From: Desulfobacterales bacterium
Lineage (GTDB): Bacteria > Desulfobacterota > Desulfobacteria > Desulfobacterales > UBA5852
DNA length: 64,000 nucleotides
Direction of reading: 5' to 3'
NCBI GenBank assembly: GCA_963674755.2
Contig: CAXXVS010000002.1
Coordinates: 1,728,001-1,792,000, forward strand
Position numbers and translations under genes: made by a program. Position 1 is the stretch's first letter. Every line of letters starts with the position of its first letter. Below, one piece after another: positions 1-9,781 of the stretch. A model generated the notes under the pieces. The model saw only the letters and a program-made list of their open reading frames with translations, was not told where the DNA came from and did not search any database.

Positions 1-16
1 GCGCGGAGGCACGATC

Positions 17-613
17 ATGGCAGGTTCTTTCATATCCCTGCTGGGCAGCTTCGATCTGGATACCCTGGAGGCCCATCAGGGACCTGTTGTCGGGCTGTGG
101 CCGGACTACCGCATGGCTTACCAGAATCCGGCATGGTTCGCCTTTGCCAGCGCCAATGACAGTGAACCGGCGATCTCGCGCGACTGGCCGATCGGCCGGT
201 CTTTGATGGAGGCGGTACCCGAAGAGCTCAAGCCCTTCTATCGCGGGGCCTTCAACCGATGCCTTGTCAAGGGGAAGCCCTGGCATCATGACTACGAGTG
301 CTCCAGCGACGCTGTTTTGCGACATTTTCATCTCACCGCCTACCCTCTGGTGCAACGGCAGGGGCTTCTGATCGTGCATTCCCTGACAAGGGAAATCCTC
401 CCTGACGATGAGGGTCGCCGGGCGGTGCCCTTTTCCTTTTCGCAGCACCGCGACCGCCACGGTTTCGTCCACCAGTGTGCCAATTGCCGGCGGGTTCAGA
501 ATCTCGCCCAGGGCCCCGACTGCTGGGACTGGGTGCCGTCGCTGATCAAGACCCCTTACGGCATGGTCAGTCACTCGATCTGCCCCATCTGCCTTGCGTA
601 TTATCACCCCTGA
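17..613 (+). CDS. PAS-like protein with C-terminal Cys/His zinc-binding motif
   Basis: 198 aa ORF with GGAGG upstream; PAS-like N-terminal region; CANC...SHSICPIC motif. Confidence 0.6.
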   Translation: MAGSFISLLGSFDLDTLEAHQGPVVGLWPDYRMAYQNPAWFAFASANDSEPAISRDWPIGRSLMEAVPEELKPFYRGAFNRCLVKGKPWHHDYECSSDAVLRHFHLTAYPLVQRQGLLIVHSLTREILPDDEGRRAVPFSFSQHRDRHGFVHQCANCRRVQNLAQGPDCWDWVPSLIKTPYGMVSHSICPICLAYYHP

Positions 614-839
614 AGGCCATCTCGATTCCCACCAGCGCATCGGATGTACCCGCCGGAGCTTCTGCCCCCTGTCGTTTGACGATTCGCACTGCCCCATGGC
701 CCCATCAGTGATTTTTCATCACTGATTTATGGTCGTTTTTTCAATGTCATCTTTTCCCGCTAAGCGACGAAAATAGCTATGAAGATCCATAATGCCTGTA
801 TTTCGGCAGGTTTCGAAAGGCCCGGCAGAGGAAATCACC

Positions 840-1001
840 ATGTCCCATTTGCGGAACGCGTTTGCAGAAAATCTGAAGAATTTCGACATCACCGAACGGG
901 AGGCCATGGAAAACGTGGTCTTGTGCACGGCCGGTCTCGATTTCTGCTGCCCCGATGACACCCCCGACCACCCCGATGCTTCGCAGGGAGAAACCCCATG
1001 A
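840..1001 (+). CDS. small hypothetical protein, first gene of signalling operon
   Basis: GAGG upstream of ATG 840; stop overlaps the ATG of the next gene (ATGA at 998-1001). Confidence 0.4.
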   Translation: MSHLRNAFAENLKNFDITEREAMENVVLCTAGLDFCCPDDTPDHPDASQGETP

Positions 1002-3595
1002 AGGCCAAAGTCCTCATCGTCGACGACGAGCCTGCCATCCGGCGCTTGGTTTCACGCACACTGGCGCGACGGGGCTACGAATGCCATTCCGTGGAAAACG
1101 CCCAGGCGGTGCGCCAATCGCTTGCCATTGCCACGGTCGATCTTTTAATCAGCGATATTCGCATGCCGGGCGAGTCCGGCCTCGACCTGGTCCGCTCCGT
1201 ATCCCACACATACCCCCATATGGCCATCATGATGGTCTCCGGCCTGGACGACGGTGAAGTGATTGAATCCGTCATCGATATGGGCGTGGACGGCTACATC
1301 ACCAAACCTTTCGAGACAAATCAGCTGCTGGTGAGCGCCGAACTGGCCCTCAGCCATCGCCGGCTGTCCATCGAAGGGGAGCAACATCGCCGGCAACTCG
1401 AACACCGGGTGGACGATCGCGCGGCTAAGTTGGCTGAAACCGTTAAAAGCCTGGTCGCCGCCCGTCGGGAAAGCGAAAAAGCCAAGACCCTTTTCAAAGG
1501 ACTTTTTACCAATGCCAAAGTCGGCATCGCCATCGGCAAGCCGACCCCGGACGGCAAAGATTTTGTCTTCGTGGACGTCAACCCGGCCGCCGAAGCCATC
1601 ATCGGCAGATCCCGCCGGGATGTGCTGCAATGTTCGATTCGGGACGTTTTCCCCCAAAGCGAGGACATCGGACTGCTGGACTGGGCCCGCACCGTATCCC
1701 ATACCGGTCGGACCGAGGACCGCCTCGTCGCTATCCCCAAGGAGGGCAAAACTCTGTGGCGGCAATTCTGCATCTTTCCTCTGCCCACCGGAGAAATCGT
1801 GGCCTTCATTTCGGATGAAACCGAGCGCATCCTGGCCGAACGCCAGCTGCGCGACCAGGTCAATTTTATCCAGAATCTTATCGAAAGTTTCCCCAGCCCC
1901 ATGTTCTACAAGGGCACCGACGGTTGCTATCAGGGCTGCAACTCGGCTTTCGCCAAGTTGCTGGGCCGGTCCCGGGAGGCGGTTGTGGGCCTGACGGCTG
2001 AAGAAGCATTTCCTGAGGATCTGGCGCAAACCTATATGGCCGTCGACCGCGAGCTGTTCACCCAGGGCGGTTATCGGCAAATCGAAACGCAAATAAAAAT
2101 CGGCGACGGCGAACAACGCGACTTCATTGTGAGCAAACGCATCTACACCGACGACGAAGGCCGGATTGCCGGGGTGGTGGGGGTGTTGATGGACATCAGC
2201 GAACGCATCCAGGCCGAGGCCTTCCTTAAGGAAAGCGAAGCTGAATTCCGCGCCATCGCCGAAAGCGCCCAGGACGCCATCATCAAAATTGATGACCAGG
2301 GATGTGTCACCTACTGGAATCACGCCTCCGAAGCCATCTTCGGCTATTCGGCGGCGGAAGCCGTGGGCCAGGCGCTGCATCCCCTGATCACCCCTTCTCG
2401 CCTCCATGCCGACATCCATCATGCTCTGGAGAATTTCCGCCAGACAGGGCGGGGAACGAGCATCGGGAAAATTATCACAATCACTGCCAAGAGGAAAAGC
2501 GGCGAGGAGTTCCCCGCCGATTTGTCCATCTCCAGTGTCTTCCTTCACGGCGCCTGGCATGCCATCGGCATCGTGCGCGACATCACCGAACGCAAGCAGA
2601 TGGAGGAGCGACTGCTGGCGAAGCACCACAAACTCAAAGCTATCCAAAAAGATCTCGAAGCCCAGAATCTGCACCTGGCCAAAATGCACGCCGAACTCAA
2701 GCAGGCTCAGCAGCAGACAGTCCAGCAGGAGAAAATGGCCTCCATCGGCCAACTGGCCGCCGGCGTAGCCCACGAGATCAATAACCCCACCGGATTTGTC
2801 AGCAGCAACCTTAAAAGCCTGCAGGACTACCTCGAGGACCTCTTCCGGCTGTTGACCGCCTATGGGGAACTGCGCTCTCTTCTCGACGCCTCCCCGAACC
2901 CGGCGCCCGTCGAAACTGCCGAACAACTGGACGACATCAAACGAATCGAATCCGACATCGACCTGGAATTTCTGATGTCCGACACCATCGACCTGATCCG
3001 GGAATCGCGCGAAGGCACCGACCGGATCAAGAAGATCGTCATCGACTTGAAGGACTTCGCCCACCCGGGCCAGCACGAACGCATGACCGCCGACATCAAC
3101 CGCAACATCGAATCGGTGCTCAACATCGTCTGGAACGAACTCAAGTACAATGCCACCGTGCAAAAAGACTTCGGCGACCTGCCGCCGGTGGAATGCTACC
3201 CCCAGCAGCTCAACCAGGTGTTTATGAACCTGCTGGTCAACGCCGGCCATGCCATGCAAACCATGGGCGAGATCCACATCGCCACCCGCACCGCCGGAGA
3301 CCATGTCGAGATCACGATCCGGGACACCGGTTGCGGGATCCCGGAGGAAAACCTGAAGCGCATCTTCGATCCCTTTTTCACCACCAAACCGGTGGGCAAG
3401 GGTACCGGACTGGGGCTGAATGTGGCCTACAACATTATCAAGAAGCATGGTGGTGAAATCAAAGCGGCCAGCCAGGTTGGCGAAGGCACCACCTTTACGA
3501 TCCGGCTACCCATCGAACTGCCGGAAAACCTAGCACCCACCGCCGACCGGCCGGACGATGAAAGGGGAGAGCCCTATGTCTGTCAGGTCTCTTAA
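998..3595 (+). CDS. hybrid sensor histidine kinase (REC-PAS-PAS-PAS-HisKA-HATPase)
   Basis: N-terminal LIVDDE/SDIRMPG/KPF receiver; PAS repeats ending DISER/DITER; H-box AHEINNP; NLLVNA, DTGCGI, DPFFTTK, GTGLGL. Confidence 0.95.
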   Translation: MKAKVLIVDDEPAIRRLVSRTLARRGYECHSVENAQAVRQSLAIATVDLLISDIRMPGESGLDLVRSVSHTYPHMAIMMVSGLDDGEVIESVIDMGVDGYITKPFETNQLLVSAELALSHRRLSIEGEQHRRQLEHRVDDRAAKLAETVKSLVAARRESEKAKTLFKGLFTNAKVGIAIGKPTPDGKDFVFVDVNPAAEAIIGRSRRDVLQCSIRDVFPQSEDIGLLDWARTVSHTGRTEDRLVAIPKEGKTLWRQFCIFPLPTGEIVAFISDETERILAERQLRDQVNFIQNLIESFPSPMFYKGTDGCYQGCNSAFAKLLGRSREAVVGLTAEEAFPEDLAQTYMAVDRELFTQGGYRQIETQIKIGDGEQRDFIVSKRIYTDDEGRIAGVVGVLMDISERIQAEAFLKESEAEFRAIAESAQDAIIKIDDQGCVTYWNHASEAIFGYSAAEAVGQALHPLITPSRLHADIHHALENFRQTGRGTSIGKIITITAKRKSGEEFPADLSISSVFLHGAWHAIGIVRDITERKQMEERLLAKHHKLKAIQKDLEAQNLHLAKMHAELKQAQQQTVQQEKMASIGQLAAGVAHEINNPTGFVSSNLKSLQDYLEDLFRLLTAYGELRSLLDASPNPAPVETAEQLDDIKRIESDIDLEFLMSDTIDLIRESREGTDRIKKIVIDLKDFAHPGQHERMTADINRNIESVLNIVWNELKYNATVQKDFGDLPPVECYPQQLNQVFMNLLVNAGHAMQTMGEIHIATRTAGDHVEITIRDTGCGIPEENLKRIFDPFFTTKPVGKGTGLGLNVAYNIIKKHGGEIKAASQVGEGTTFTIRLPIELPENLAPTADRPDDERGEPYVCQVS

Positions 3596-4676
3596 CCCCG
3601 AAGCCATGATGATCGTGGACGACGACCCCTCCGTCGGGATGGCGCTGCAACGCATCCTGCGCAAGGAAGGGCGGCGCATTCAGATATGCGCAAGTGGCGA
3701 AGAAGCCCTGGGACGCTTAAGCGACCAGGACATCGGCGTTGTCGTCTCAGACCAGATGATGCCGGGCATCGATGGCACGACCCTGTTGGAAGCCATCCGC
3801 TACCGCCGCCCGGACATCGTGCGGGTTCTCATGACCGGCTACAGCAGCGAAAACCGGGCCATCGAGGCCATCAACCGCTCCAACATATTCGGCTACATCA
3901 CCAAGCCCTGGGAAAACAGCGAACTCCGCGCGGTGGTCGACCGCGCTTTCCGCCACCATGCCATGCTGCACGGCCAGCGCGATCAGCTGCTGGCGCTGAC
4001 CGCTAGCCGGTCGGAATCTAATTTTGTCCGTCAGAATCTCGACCACATCCAGGCCCGCATTCTGAAACAGGTTCACACCGTGGAGCGCGATGCCATTATT
4101 ATGCTGGCCCAGGCGGCCGAAGCCAAGGACGATGACACCGGCGAACATGTCCAGCGCCTGGGGCAGATCGCACGCCGCATCTGCATCGGCCTCGGGCTGG
4201 AGGATCGTCTGGTGGAGGAAATCGGCTTTTTCAGCATGGTCCATGACGTGGGCAAAATCCACGTTCCGGACTGCATCCTCAAAAAGCCCGGCCCGCTCAC
4301 CGACGAGGAATGGGACATCATGCGGCAGCACACCGTCTACGGCGAGCGCATCCTGGTGGACCGCCCGATCTACGGTATCGCCCGCCAGATCGCCCGCTCC
4401 CATCATGAACGCTGGGACGGCAAAGGCTACCCCGACGGCCTCAAGGGGCGCGCCATCCCCATCGCCGCACGCATCGTGGCCGTGGCGGACGTGTTCGACG
4501 CCTTGACCCACGAACGGCCCTACAAGGCCGCCTGGCCGGTTGCGCAGGCCGTGGAGGAAATTCGCAACCAGTCGGGCGCCGCCTTCGATCCCCAGGTGGT
4601 GCGGGCCTTCCTGGCATCCATCGAAGAGAAGACCGGTTTCCCTGAGGAAATGGAGGAGGATCATGCCGGATGCTGA
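3576..4676 (+). CDS. response regulator with HD-GYP c-di-GMP phosphodiesterase domain
   Basis: Receiver (SDQMMPG, KPW); HDVGK, HHERWDGKGYP, DVFDAL..RPYK motifs intact. Confidence 0.92.
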   Translation: MSVRSLNPEAMMIVDDDPSVGMALQRILRKEGRRIQICASGEEALGRLSDQDIGVVVSDQMMPGIDGTTLLEAIRYRRPDIVRVLMTGYSSENRAIEAINRSNIFGYITKPWENSELRAVVDRAFRHHAMLHGQRDQLLALTASRSESNFVRQNLDHIQARILKQVHTVERDAIIMLAQAAEAKDDDTGEHVQRLGQIARRICIGLGLEDRLVEEIGFFSMVHDVGKIHVPDCILKKPGPLTDEEWDIMRQHTVYGERILVDRPIYGIARQIARSHHERWDGKGYPDGLKGRAIPIAARIVAVADVFDALTHERPYKAAWPVAQAVEEIRNQSGAAFDPQVVRAFLASIEEKTGFPEEMEEDHAGC

Positions 4677-6066
4677 ACACACCATCTTGCTGGTGGATGA
4701 CGAAGCGCCCATTTTACGCGCCCTCCAGCGCCTGTTTCGACGCGAAGGCTATCGTATCCTGACGGCCGAGGGCGGCGAACAGGCCCTGACCCTGCTGGCC
4801 GACACCGAGGATCCGGTCTCCCTGATCATCTCGGACCAGCGCATGCCCGGCATGAACGGGGCCCAGTTCCTGGAGCAGTCACGGAAAACGGCGCCGGACG
4901 CCATCCGGTTCCTGCTGACCGGATATTCCGATCTGGACGCGGTGGTGGCCTCGATCAACCGCGGCGAAATCCAGCGCTACCTGACCAAGCCCTGGAACGA
5001 TCAGGACCTTCTGCTGCAAGCGCGCCAGGCCATCGAACAGGTGGAACTGCGCCGCGAAAACCATCGCCTGCTCGAGCTGACCCGGCAGCAGAACATGGAA
5101 TTGCAGGCTTTCAACCAGAAGCTCGAAAAAAAGGTCGAAGCCCGCACCAAAACGATAACGGACAAAAACAAGAAGCTGTCGCGCGCCAATACCGCTCTCA
5201 ACCGCAGCCTGGTGGACACGGTGCGGCTGCTGGCCTCCCTCATCCAGACCCTGAACCCTTTCCTGGGGAACCAGATGAAAGACACGGCCAAGCTGGCCTT
5301 GCAGTTGGGGCGCCGGGTGGGTCTGAAAAGCGATGTCCTCGAAAATATCGAACTGGCGGCCACGATCCATGACATCGGCCTGATCGGCGGTTCGGAGAAG
5401 CTCAGCCGGAAGGACATCCTGGAAGTGTCGTCCCTTGAAGCGACGGAATACCGTCAGCACCCGATTGTGGGTTCGGTCTGCCTGCAGGCCATGGAGCGCA
5501 TGGCGCCGGTGGCCGATATCGTCCTGCACCACCATGAAGCCTTTGACGGCAGTGGTTTCCCGGCCGGGCTGCAGGGCGACGACATCCCCCTGGGGGCCCG
5601 CATCGTCGGGCCCGTTTCCGACTACGTCCGCCTGTCCCAATCCTGGCCTGACAACGTCGTCAAAATCATGACCCGGGCCAAACATCTCCTGGGCGCGGCG
5701 GCCGACGACATCATGATGACCGACCGGGACACATTGGTGGCCACCCTCAACCGCAAGTGCCTGCTGGCAAGGGCCCAGAAAATGTACGATCCGGAAATCG
5801 TCATGGCCTTGATTGCCATGCTGGATAAAACCTCGGGGGATGCCGACAGCGCCGCGGCGGCAGGCGGCGTGCGGCACGTCCATTACGATGAGCTGCAGGT
5901 GGGCATGCGGATCGCGATGGAAATCAGAACCCGCAACGGGCGGTTCGTCCTGCCGGCGGACAGTGTGCTCAACAAAATGCTGCTCAAGGGCATCCAGCGA
6001 TTGGGGCGCGAAGCCGCCATCGTGGAGACGGTGCCGGTAATCGCGGAGGAGCGCAACAATGACTGA
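4663..6066 (+). CDS. response regulator with variant HD-GYP domain
   Basis: GGAGGA then ATG 4663; receiver SDQRMPG; HDIGL and HHEAFDGSGFP; the RPY motif is not conserved. Confidence 0.85.
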   Translation: MPDAEHTILLVDDEAPILRALQRLFRREGYRILTAEGGEQALTLLADTEDPVSLIISDQRMPGMNGAQFLEQSRKTAPDAIRFLLTGYSDLDAVVASINRGEIQRYLTKPWNDQDLLLQARQAIEQVELRRENHRLLELTRQQNMELQAFNQKLEKKVEARTKTITDKNKKLSRANTALNRSLVDTVRLLASLIQTLNPFLGNQMKDTAKLALQLGRRVGLKSDVLENIELAATIHDIGLIGGSEKLSRKDILEVSSLEATEYRQHPIVGSVCLQAMERMAPVADIVLHHHEAFDGSGFPAGLQGDDIPLGARIVGPVSDYVRLSQSWPDNVVKIMTRAKHLLGAAADDIMMTDRDTLVATLNRKCLLARAQKMYDPEIVMALIAMLDKTSGDADSAAAAGGVRHVHYDELQVGMRIAMEIRTRNGRFVLPADSVLNKMLLKGIQRLGREAAIVETVPVIAEERNND

Positions 6067-6904
6067 ACTCAGTCTGGCGGCCATCGATCGCATCGATAAT
6101 TTGCCGACGCTGCCCCAGGTGGTCGTTGAAGTTAACCGGCTTATGCAGGATCCGGATGTCTCCCTGCAGCAGGTGGGGGAGCTCATCGAGAAAGATCTGG
6201 CCCTGGCGCCCCGCATTCTCAAATTGGTGAATTCCTCTTTTTTCGGTCTCTCCACGCGGATCAGCAGCATTTCGCGGGCGGTGGTCCTGCTGGGGTTCAA
6301 TACCGTGCGCAGTGCGTTGTTTTCGGTGGCGGTGATCGATGCCATGGCCTCGGGGCGCGACGACGGCCTTTTCAATATCCAGTCTTTCTGGAAGCACTCC
6401 CTGACGGTGGCCGTGATCAGCCGCTATATCAGCCAACAAACCGGTCTGGCCGACAAAGAAAATGCTTTCACGGCCGGCCTGCTGCATGACATCGGGAAAA
6501 TCGTTTTGTGGCAACATTTCAACCCGTGGTTCAAAGCGGTCCATGAAAAGGCCGTTCGGGAAGGTCTTCCGCTTTTCCGGATCGAAGACCAGGAAGGCGA
6601 CTTCTCCCATGCTGCCATCGGAGCTCATTTGGCCCAGAAGTGGCAATTGCCTGAAGTGCTCTGCCGGGCCATCCGTTTCCATCACCGCCCCACACGGGAC
6701 GCGAATGCCGCCCCTGAGGGCATTATACACGTGGCCGATATCCTCAGCCATTGCGTGGCCGATAATAACAACAGCTACCGCCTGGAGGAAGCCGCCGTGG
6801 ATGTGAACGACCCGCCGTGGGCAGTCGTAAAAGATGTTCATCAGTGGTATCCGGCCATCGCCGATGAAATCGAAGAGGCCTGCCAGTTCTTTTTAAAAGG
6901 ATAG
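6059..6904 (+). CDS. HDOD domain protein
   Basis: LPTLP..KDLALAPRILKLVNS..FWKHS..AGLLHDIGK..HAAIGAHLAQKWQLP. Confidence 0.93.
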   Translation: MTELSLAAIDRIDNLPTLPQVVVEVNRLMQDPDVSLQQVGELIEKDLALAPRILKLVNSSFFGLSTRISSISRAVVLLGFNTVRSALFSVAVIDAMASGRDDGLFNIQSFWKHSLTVAVISRYISQQTGLADKENAFTAGLLHDIGKIVLWQHFNPWFKAVHEKAVREGLPLFRIEDQEGDFSHAAIGAHLAQKWQLPEVLCRAIRFHHRPTRDANAAPEGIIHVADILSHCVADNNNSYRLEEAAVDVNDPPWAVVKDVHQWYPAIADEIEEACQFFLKG

Positions 6905-6908
6905 CTTT

Positions 6909-7757
6909 ATGGACGAATACCGGCACAACATTCTCTGCGTCGATGACGAACTCAATGTGCTCAACGCGCTCAAACGCCTCCTGCGCAAAGAGGATTTCAA
7001 GATCTTCACGGCTCCCAGCGGCAAAGAGGGGCTTGCGGTTTTGGAAAGGGAGGCGATTCATCTCGTCATCTGCGACCAGCGCATGCCCGAGATGAACGGC
7101 ATCGAATTCCTTTCCCAGGTACGCGAACGTTATCCCGACATTGTCCGCATCAGCCTGACCGGCTACACGGAAGTGGATGCCATCACCGAATCCATCAATC
7201 GCGGAAACATCTACAAGTTTTTCCTCAAGCCCTGGAACGATCAGCAGCTCAAGCTGGAGATTCGTCAGGCGCTGGAATACTATGATCTGAGCCGGGACAA
7301 CCGTCGCCTCAATGCGGAGCTGCGCGAAAAGAACCAGGCGCTCGAGGGGATCAACGCCAATCTCGAAGCGCTGGTTGAGGAACGCACCGAGGAGCTGGCC
7401 TTCCGCAACCGGGCCCTTGAAATCTCCCACGCCGTGCTCGACAATCTACCGATTCCGGTGGCTGGGATCAGTACCGATAGGATCATCGTTCTGGCGAACC
7501 TGGACGCCCATAAGTTCTTCGGCGACAGCGCGCCCTTTTCGGTCGGCACCCCCGTCGCGCAGGGGCTGCCGCAGGCGGTATGCGATCTGGTCGACGCCGT
7601 GTTCAAGACCAACCAGCCGGGGGACTGCGTCCTCACCCTGGCGGATGCCGGCACCTGGCGTGTGAAGGGCATGCCCCTGAAGGACAACCGCATCGGCCAG
7701 GGGGTCATCATCACGACCGAGGCGGCGGCAATGGGCGACGGGCCCTCTAATCCTTAG
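6909..7757 (+). CDS. response regulator (REC, coiled coil, PAS-like C-terminus)
   Basis: ILCVDDE, CDQRMPEMNG, KPW. Confidence 0.85.
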   Translation: MDEYRHNILCVDDELNVLNALKRLLRKEDFKIFTAPSGKEGLAVLEREAIHLVICDQRMPEMNGIEFLSQVRERYPDIVRISLTGYTEVDAITESINRGNIYKFFLKPWNDQQLKLEIRQALEYYDLSRDNRRLNAELREKNQALEGINANLEALVEERTEELAFRNRALEISHAVLDNLPIPVAGISTDRIIVLANLDAHKFFGDSAPFSVGTPVAQGLPQAVCDLVDAVFKTNQPGDCVLTLADAGTWRVKGMPLKDNRIGQGVIITTEAAAMGDGPSNP

Positions 7758-7769
7758 GGAGATCCATCC

Positions 7770-8423
7770 ATGGCTGAAATCGACATCGACCGGAAAAAGG
7801 TAGTGGTCAAAATCGTCTACTACGGCCCGGCCCTAAGCGGCAAAACCACCAATCTGATGCAACTGCACGGTCTGCTGGATCCGACGAGCTGCGGCGAGTT
7901 CATGTCCTTTGAAACCAAGGGGGACCGCACCCTGTTCTTCGATCTGCTGCCCATGATGATCCGCACCCCCCAGGGCTTCAGCGCCAAAATCAAACTCTTC
8001 ACCGTTCCCGGCCAGGTGGCCCATGACGCCACCCGCAAGGCCGTGCTCTCCCGGGCCGACGGGGTGGTCTTCGTGGCGGACTCCCAGGAGAGCCAGGCCC
8101 TCAACAACTTCGAAAGTTTTTCCAACCTCGAAGCCAACGCGGGCCGGGTGGGGTTGGACTTCGCCCGGCTGCCTCTGGTGATCCAATTCAACAAGCGTGA
8201 CCTGCCCGATATCGTCAGCGAGGACCAGGTGCAGCAACGCTGGCGCCCCAGCGGCCTGCCCCTGATCTTTGCCGCGGCCCTGCAGGGGAAAGGCGTTCGG
8301 GATACCTTCGCGGCCATCCTGAACGCCACCTTCCGGCATCTGGAGGATCAGATGCAATTGGGCCGCCGCTGCGGATTCACCGAGACGCTGTTCAGGGAAC
8401 TCGCCGGGAATTTAGCGGAGTGA
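7770..8423 (+). CDS. mglA: MglA-family small GTPase
   Basis: KIVYYGPALSGKTTN (G1), DRTLFFD, TVPGQ (G3), NKRD (G4). Confidence 0.9.
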   Translation: MAEIDIDRKKVVVKIVYYGPALSGKTTNLMQLHGLLDPTSCGEFMSFETKGDRTLFFDLLPMMIRTPQGFSAKIKLFTVPGQVAHDATRKAVLSRADGVVFVADSQESQALNNFESFSNLEANAGRVGLDFARLPLVIQFNKRDLPDIVSEDQVQQRWRPSGLPLIFAAALQGKGVRDTFAAILNATFRHLEDQMQLGRRCGFTETLFRELAGNLAE

Positions 8424-8427
8424 TATC

Positions 8428-9780
8428 GTGGTGACTGAGACGGAACATACCCTTGCGACGGAAGCCTTCGACCGCGAATACGGTCTGACGGATCTTCTGG
8501 ATCCCAAACGACTGGCCGTGGTCTTCCGCCAGGTCGAAGCCGGCGGCTTGCTACGGCTGGTCATATGCCATCCGGACGGAAAGCCCTATTTCCCGAAGGG
8601 GGCGCCGGCGTCCTCATCTTCAACCGACGAACTCCCTCAGGGGGCGACGCTGCCCCTTCGCCATGAGCTGGAAACGGTAGGGATTCTTCAGGTGCGAGGG
8701 GCGGCAGATCTCGCCCCGGAGGCCCGGCGCAGTGTGGCCGGCTTTGCCCGGGCCGTGCTGGAAGGCCTCATGATGGAGCGCTACCGTTATCTCATGAGCG
8801 CCCGCCTGCATGGGGAAGTGGTCGAGGATTCCTACCTGCGCCTGCAGCAAAAGGCCGAAGCCCTGGCCAAATCTGAAGCCCGTTATAAGGGGCTGGCCGC
8901 CCGACTTGAGAAAGAGGTTGCTCGGCAGGCCGAAGAAATCCGTGAGACCCAGGCCCGTCTGATGGAACGCGCCCAGCTGGCGGCCATCGGGCAACTGGCG
9001 GCCGGCATGGCCCACGAAATTAACAACCCCATGGGCTTTATCAGCAGCAATCTCAACACGCTGGAGCAATACACCCGCGAACTCGCCCCCCTTTTGACCG
9101 ATGCGCGCCGCTTTTGGCGCTTTATAGAGGGTTGTCCTGCGCCGCTAGAGGGACGGGATGATGTCGGCCGGCAAGCCGCCGCACTAGAGGAGGCGGCCTG
9201 CCGGATCGACCTCGATTACCTGCTTGTCGATCTGCCGGAGTTGCTCCGGGAATCCCGCGAGGGCAGCGAGCGCATCCGCACTATTGTCGCCAACCTCAAA
9301 TCCTTTGCCCAGCCCGGAATTGAAACCAGGACCACCCTGGACCTCAATCGCTGCCTCGAAGCCACCCTCCAGGTGCTGAGCCCCAACATGGCCGGCCGCG
9401 TCACGGCCGCCTGCCGCCTGGCGGACGCCCTGCCGGAAGTCCTGGGAAGCGAATCCCAACTCAACCAGGCCTTCATGAACGTGATCCTGAACGCCGTGCA
9501 GGCCTCGCCCGCCGGCGGGGAGATACGCCTTCACACGGTCCGGAGCGGGGATGCCGTCGAGGTGCAGATTGCCGATGACGGGCCTGGCATTCCCGAGGCG
9601 CATCACAACCGTGTCTTCGAACCGTTCTACACCACCCGCGAGGTGGGCGACGGTTGCGGATTGGGTCTGACCCTGACTTACAACACCATTCAGCAGCATG
9701 GCGGAACAATCCGGATTCAGAATCCTCCGGCGGGCGGGACCACCGTGGTGATTCGTCTGCCCATCGATGGGGGGCGCTGA
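8428..9780 (+). CDS. sensor histidine kinase
   Basis: AHEINNP, NVILNA, DDGPGI, EPFYTT, GCGLGL. Confidence 0.92.
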   Translation: MVTETEHTLATEAFDREYGLTDLLDPKRLAVVFRQVEAGGLLRLVICHPDGKPYFPKGAPASSSSTDELPQGATLPLRHELETVGILQVRGAADLAPEARRSVAGFARAVLEGLMMERYRYLMSARLHGEVVEDSYLRLQQKAEALAKSEARYKGLAARLEKEVARQAEEIRETQARLMERAQLAAIGQLAAGMAHEINNPMGFISSNLNTLEQYTRELAPLLTDARRFWRFIEGCPAPLEGRDDVGRQAAALEEAACRIDLDYLLVDLPELLRESREGSERIRTIVANLKSFAQPGIETRTTLDLNRCLEATLQVLSPNMAGRVTAACRLADALPEVLGSESQLNQAFMNVILNAVQASPAGGEIRLHTVRSGDAVEVQIADDGPGIPEAHHNRVFEPFYTTREVGDGCGLGLTLTYNTIQQHGGTIRIQNPPAGGTTVVIRLPIDGGR

Positions 9781-9781
9781 T

